Shown here: positions 60,248-64,000 of the stretch, in pieces
How the letters are laid out: each line of letters opens with the position of its first letter
How positions within the stretch are numbered: position 1 is the first letter of the stretch
NCBI GenBank assembly: GCA_023213235.1
Contig: CP096137.1
Span: 2,216,908-2,280,907, forward strand
Length of the DNA: 64,000 nt
Source: Elusimicrobiota bacterium
GTDB lineage: Bacteria; Elusimicrobiota; Elusimicrobia; UBA1565; UBA9628
Direction: 5' to 3'
Notes under the pieces: model-generated
What the model saw: only the letters and a program-made list of their open reading frames with translations
What the model was told of the DNA's origin: nothing
Database searches by the model: none
Translations under genes and position numbers: made by a program

Positions 60248-61084
60248 ATGAAGAAACCGATCACGGCGGCGGCGTTCCTCCTCGCGGCGTCCGTTTCCAT
60301 GGCGCAGGTGCGCGTGGTGACCGAGATCGCCATGCCGGCCTCGCCGTCCGCGGCCTCGATCAACTCGCTCTCCGCGTCGCCGGCCCTTCCGGGCGCCGCC
60401 CTGATCCCGTCTCTCGCCGCTCCGTCGATCATGCCCTCGATCGCGGCTCCCGTTCCGGCGGCCGCGCCCGTCCCCGTCGAGGCCAGGGCGGCCCTCGCGC
60501 AGACGGGCGTCGCGCTGGCCGCCGCGTCGAAGGGCGAGGGCGATCCCGCCGAGATCTCCCGGCGCGCGTTCGACGCTTCCTCCAAGCAGGGGCCCGAGGC
60601 CGCCGCCTCGCCCGTCGCCGGCCGCGAGGTCTCGCACACCGCCGGCCTCGAGGGCGCGGACTACGCGCGCCGCTTCCGCGCCGCCACCGCCGAGCCGTCC
60701 TCGCCCGTCTCGAAAGCCGCCTGGGAGACCGTCGAGGTCGCCGCCACGTCGATTCCCTTCATGATCGCCGCGGCGATCCTGCGCGCGAACGCCTCCGACT
60801 GGACCGTCACGCTGCCCGCGCTCGCCCTGATCTGGGGCGCCGGCTACTGGGCGATGCGCCGGCACCTCGCCGGCGTGCGCTCGACCGTCGTCGGCGGCTG
60901 GCAGGCGTCGCACGACCAGAAGTACCGCACCGACTTCGCGACCGGACAGCTCAAGGACATCCGCGGCCACAAGTACGGTTCCGACCGCTACGAAGAATAC
61001 GCGCCGGGCCCGGTCGGCCGCGTCGCCACCGCTCTCATCGCCGCGGGCGCCGGCCTCGGCGCGGCCGCCTTCCTCCTGCTATAA
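60248..61084 (+). CDS. exported/membrane protein, unknown function
   Basis: 278 aa with signal peptide MKKPITAAAFLLAASVSMAQ, an Ala/Pro/Ser-rich region and C-terminal TM segments. TATCCT lies 6 nt upstream of the ATG. Confidence 0.55.
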   Translation: MKKPITAAAFLLAASVSMAQVRVVTEIAMPASPSAASINSLSASPALPGAALIPSLAAPSIMPSIAAPVPAAAPVPVEARAALAQTGVALAAASKGEGDPAEISRRAFDASSKQGPEAAASPVAGREVSHTAGLEGADYARRFRAATAEPSSPVSKAAWETVEVAATSIPFMIAAAILRANASDWTVTLPALALIWGAGYWAMRRHLAGVRSTVVGGWQASHDQKYRTDFATGQLKDIRGHKYGSDRYEEYAPGPVGRVATALIAAGAGLGAAAFLLL

Positions 61085-61092
61085 TCGGCGGC

Positions 61093-61593
61093 ATGGCGCG
61101 TGCGCCCCGAGTCCTGTGCCGCGCGCGGGGCTTTCCCGCCGTCGCCGGCCGCCGTCCGAAGGTCCTCATCCTCGGCTCCCTGCCGGGCGCGGCGTCGATC
61201 CGGCTGGGCCAGTACTACGGGCATCCCCAAAACAAGTTCTGGGAGCTGCTCGGGGCGGCGCTGGGGGAGGACCTCCGTTCGCTGAGCTACGCGCGCCGGC
61301 TCGCGCGTCTGAAAAAACGCGGGGTCGCGCTGTGGGACGTGATCGCCGAGGCCGACCGGCCAGGCAGCCTCGACTCCGCGATCCGCGACGAGGCGCACAA
61401 CGGCATACTCGGGCTCGTACGGCGGACCGGCGTGCGCGCGGTCTTCGTCAACGGCGCCAAGGCGCAGTCGGCCCTGCGCCGCTGCGCACCCGAGGTCCGC
61501 GCCGTCCGCCTCCCGTCGTCGAGCCCGGCCAACGCCTCCGTGCCCTGGGCGGCGAAGGTCCGCGCCTGGCGTCGCATACGCCGATACCTATAA
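61093..61593 (+). CDS. DNA-deoxyinosine (hypoxanthine) glycosylase, UDG superfamily
   Basis: 166 aa with VLILGSLPGAASIRLGQYYGHPQNKFW and SSSPAN. TGcTATAAT lies 7 nt upstream of the ATG. Confidence 0.75.
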   Translation: MARAPRVLCRARGFPAVAGRRPKVLILGSLPGAASIRLGQYYGHPQNKFWELLGAALGEDLRSLSYARRLARLKKRGVALWDVIAEADRPGSLDSAIRDEAHNGILGLVRRTGVRAVFVNGAKAQSALRRCAPEVRAVRLPSSSPANASVPWAAKVRAWRRIRRYL

Positions 61594-61608
61594 AGTAGAA
61601 TGCGGGCC

Positions 61609-62364
61609 ATGAAGGGCCTGCTCTGCGCGCTCCTCCTCGCGACCCCCGCCCGGGCCGCCGACCCCGCCCTTCTCGAGCTCATCGACAAGGCCAACAAGGC
61701 CCTTCGCGGCGATTCGAGCCACGGGCGGCTGATCATGACGATCGAGACGCCGGAGTGGAAGCGCTCGCTCGAGATCGAGGGCTGGAACAAGGACCGGACG
61801 TTCGCCTTCATCAAGATCCTCTCGCCCGCCAAGGAGCGGGGAAACACGACCTTGCGCCGCAAGACCGAGATGTGGGTGTGGCTTCCCAAGGTCGAGCGCG
61901 TGATCAAGATCCCGCCGACGATGATGCACTCGACCTGGCAGGGCTCGGACTTCACCTACGAGGACATCGTCAAGGCCGACTCGATCGTCAAGGACTACAC
62001 CCACAAGCTCCTCAAGAAGACGAAGGAGGAGGGGCGCACGGTCTACCACATCGAGGCGCTGCCCAAGCCCGACGCGCCCGTCGTCTGGGGCCGCGTGCTG
62101 ACCGACGTCGCGCTTTACGACGACGACGGCTCCGTCATTCCGCTCAATGAGCTCGACTACTCCGAGCGCGGCGAGTTGATCCGCACGATCACGCTCTCCG
62201 ACGTCAAGGTCATGAGCGGCCGCCGCGTCCCGGCCAAGCTCGAGTGCGTGCCCGCCAAGAAGCCCGGGCAGAAGACGACGATCCACTACCAGTCGCTCGA
62301 GTTCGACGTGCCGCTCGACGACGCCTTCTTCAGCTACCAGCGCCTGCAGAAGGGAGGCTCCTGA
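61609..62364 (+). CDS. outer-membrane lipoprotein-sorting (LolA-like) protein
   Basis: The preferred ATG at 61609 (MKGLLCALLLATPARA) lies 7 nt after TAGAAT; the ORF-track start is 61600. The protein is LolA_like in size. Motifs recalled: WLPKVERVIKIP and GSDFTYEDI. Confidence 0.65.
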   Translation: MKGLLCALLLATPARAADPALLELIDKANKALRGDSSHGRLIMTIETPEWKRSLEIEGWNKDRTFAFIKILSPAKERGNTTLRRKTEMWVWLPKVERVIKIPPTMMHSTWQGSDFTYEDIVKADSIVKDYTHKLLKKTKEEGRTVYHIEALPKPDAPVVWGRVLTDVALYDDDGSVIPLNELDYSERGELIRTITLSDVKVMSGRRVPAKLECVPAKKPGQKTTIHYQSLEFDVPLDDAFFSYQRLQKGGS

Positions 62365-62365
62365 C

Positions 62366-63580
62366 GTGCTGCGCCTGGCCTGGCGCAACGTCTGGCGCAA
62401 CCGCCGCCGCTCGCTGATCAACGTCGCCGCGATGGGCTTCGGCCTCGCCGCGATCATGTTCGGGCAGAGCCTGATCATCTCCCTGCAGCAGCAGCTCGTC
62501 GAGAAGGCCACGGGCTCGATCACCGGCCACGTGCGCGTCCAGCGCTCCGACGTCGACGAGTCGAAGTTTCCGGACAAGTTCATGGCCGACCCCGAGCCCG
62601 CGGCGAAGGTCCTCGCCGCCGATCCGCGGGTCGCGGTCTGGGGCCGGCGCATCCAGGTCACCGGGCTCATCTCCGCGCCGAGCGCCTCGCTCGGCGTGCT
62701 GATCTGCGCCGTCGAGCCCGAGAAGGAGAAGCTCCTGACCGACATGGTCGGCTACCTGAAGGAGGGAACCTACCTCGACCCCGACAAGAAGGGCATCGTC
62801 ATGGGCCGCAAGCTCGCCAACCGCCTCGACGTGCGCCTCGGCGAGAAGGTCGTCGTGATGTCCCAGGCCTCCGACGGCTCGATGGGCGCGGAGGCCTTCC
62901 GCGTCGTCGGCATCCATCAAACGGGCTCAGAATCCTTCGACGGGCAGATCGTCTGGCTGCCGCTCAAGGCGATGCAGGAGCTGCTCGTGCGCCCCGGCCA
63001 GGCCAACCAGCTCGCCGCGCGCGTCAAGGACATCACGACGGCCGAGCAGGTCGCCCTCGACGTGGACGCGAAGCTTCCTCCGGGCCCCATCCGCGCGATC
63101 AGCTGGAAGGCCATCGACCGCGAGATCATCAGCATTCAGGCGTTTCAGAACGGCATCCTCACGATCGTGCTCGTCATCGTCTTCCTGATCGTCGCGCTCG
63201 GCATATTGAACACCCAGCTCATGAGCCTGTTCGAGCGCGTGCGCGAGTTCGGCGTCCTGATGGCGATCGGCGCGCGCCCCCGCTGGGTCGTGCGTCTGAT
63301 CCTGGCCGAGTCCCTCGTGCTCGGCTCGGTCGGCGCGCTGCTCGGCCTGACGATCGGCGCGGCGCTGATCGCGCACTTCGGACGCGCCGGCCTGCGCCTG
63401 CCCGTCGGCGAGGCGTTCTCCTACTTCCTGCCCTTCCCGTCGGTGATCTACATGATCCCGGCCTGGCGCCTGCACGCGTTCGCGACGTTTTCCGTCTTCC
63501 TCATCACCTTGCTCGCCTCCTTGCCCCCGGCGCTGCGCGCCGGGCGCCTGAAGCCCGCGGAGGCGCTGCGCCATGTCTAA
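62366..63580 (+). CDS. ABC transporter permease (FtsX/MacB/LolC-like)
   Basis: 404 aa. N-terminal [15 protein letters not shown], a large periplasmic loop, and 3 C-terminal TM helices of the FtsX domain. Confidence 0.8.
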   Translation: MLRLAWRNVWRNRRRSLINVAAMGFGLAAIMFGQSLIISLQQQLVEKATGSITGHVRVQRSDVDESKFPDKFMADPEPAAKVLAADPRVAVWGRRIQVTGLISAPSASLGVLICAVEPEKEKLLTDMVGYLKEGTYLDPDKKGIVMGRKLANRLDVRLGEKVVVMSQASDGSMGAEAFRVVGIHQTGSESFDGQIVWLPLKAMQELLVRPGQANQLAARVKDITTAEQVALDVDAKLPPGPIRAISWKAIDREIISIQAFQNGILTIVLVIVFLIVALGILNTQLMSLFERVREFGVLMAIGARPRWVVRLILAESLVLGSVGALLGLTIGAALIAHFGRAGLRLPVGEAFSYFLPFPSVIYMIPAWRLHAFATFSVFLITLLASLPPALRAGRLKPAEALRHV

Positions 63581-64000
63581 GCCCGCGCGCATACCGCTCG
63601 TCGAAGCCCGCGGCGTCCACAAGGTCTACCCGGGCGGCTCGAAGGTCGCCGCCCTGCGCGGCGTCGACCTCACGGTCGAGCGCGGCGAGTTCTCCGCGCT
63701 CGCCGGCCCGTCCGGCTCCGGCAAGTCGACCCTCCTCAACCTGATCGGCACGCTCGACCGCCCGACGAAGGGGAGATCGCCTTCGACGGCCGCGTCGTCT
63801 CCGCGCTCGACGCCGACGCGCTCTCCGACTTCCGGCTCGGCGCGATGGGGTTCATCTTCCAGGCCTACAATCTCATTCCCGTGCTGACGGCCGCCGAGAA
63901 CGTCGAGTACCCGCTCGTCCTGCGCGGCGTCGATGCCGTGCAGCGCCGCCGCCTCGCGCACGAGGCTCTCAAGGCCGTCGCGCTCGACGGCTACGCCGAC
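63573..64000 (+). CDS. ABC transporter ATP-binding protein (LolD/MacB-type), truncated by the window end; 1-nt indel at 63770-63773
   Basis: Walker A is GPSGSGKST. After one G is restored the frame reads [45 protein letters not shown]. The gene overlaps the permease stop. Confidence 0.8.

Overview
This is a very GC-rich, gene-dense bacterial chromosomal segment. GC was judged by eye, not computed. I support about 64 protein-coding genes. I recognised no rRNA, tRNA, CRISPR array, transposase, integrase or phage genes.

The content is mostly housekeeping:
- yggS-yggU-mtnA-pyk.
- cutA, an FNR-like reductase and maf.
- Three histidine kinases, with no response regulator recognised anywhere in the window.
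- A pterin cluster (SDR, QueD-like, folB).
- A tightly packed trxB-lipA-2-oxoacid dehydrogenase (E1a/E1b/E2/E3)-lipB block.
- A PLD-family enzyme and two MFS transporters.
- An aminotransferase, an MsbA-like exporter and a HAD phosphatase.
- An M3 peptidase, an acyl-CoA desaturase, an AI-2E transporter and a GH57/DUF3536 enzyme.
- An atypical FtsH-like protease, a hypoxanthine-DNA glycosylase and a LolA-like/FtsX/ABC trio.

Outer-membrane-type genes suggest a diderm organism. These are a beta-barrel protein ending in F, lipoproteins, a LolA-like protein and the MsbA-like exporter. The window gives no marker for taxonomy.

Four window-wide or multi-gene observations matter most:
1. About 32 single-base indels in homopolymer runs split at least 25 otherwise intact genes, including essential ones. 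This looks like consensus error rather than decay, and it makes several ORF-track entries chimeric or falsely fused.
2. At least 23 first-in-operon start codons sit 5-8 nt downstream of a (TGn)TAnnnT box. This is a leaderless-mRNA architecture, and it helps pick the true starts.
3. An 11-gene, 10.6-kb minus-strand operon (25623-36257) mixes CoA-ester enzymes and an orphan PaaA-like di-iron protein with a B12-radical SAM enzyme, a methyltransferase, a GT-C glycosyltransferase and an exported dipeptidase.
4. An 8-gene operon led by an ECF sigma factor (42284-48397) carries RadC and a Cas4-like PD-(D/E)XK nuclease.

I also report several long palindromic intergenic elements. I found no clear defence island or mobile element, and every functional hypothesis below is inference.
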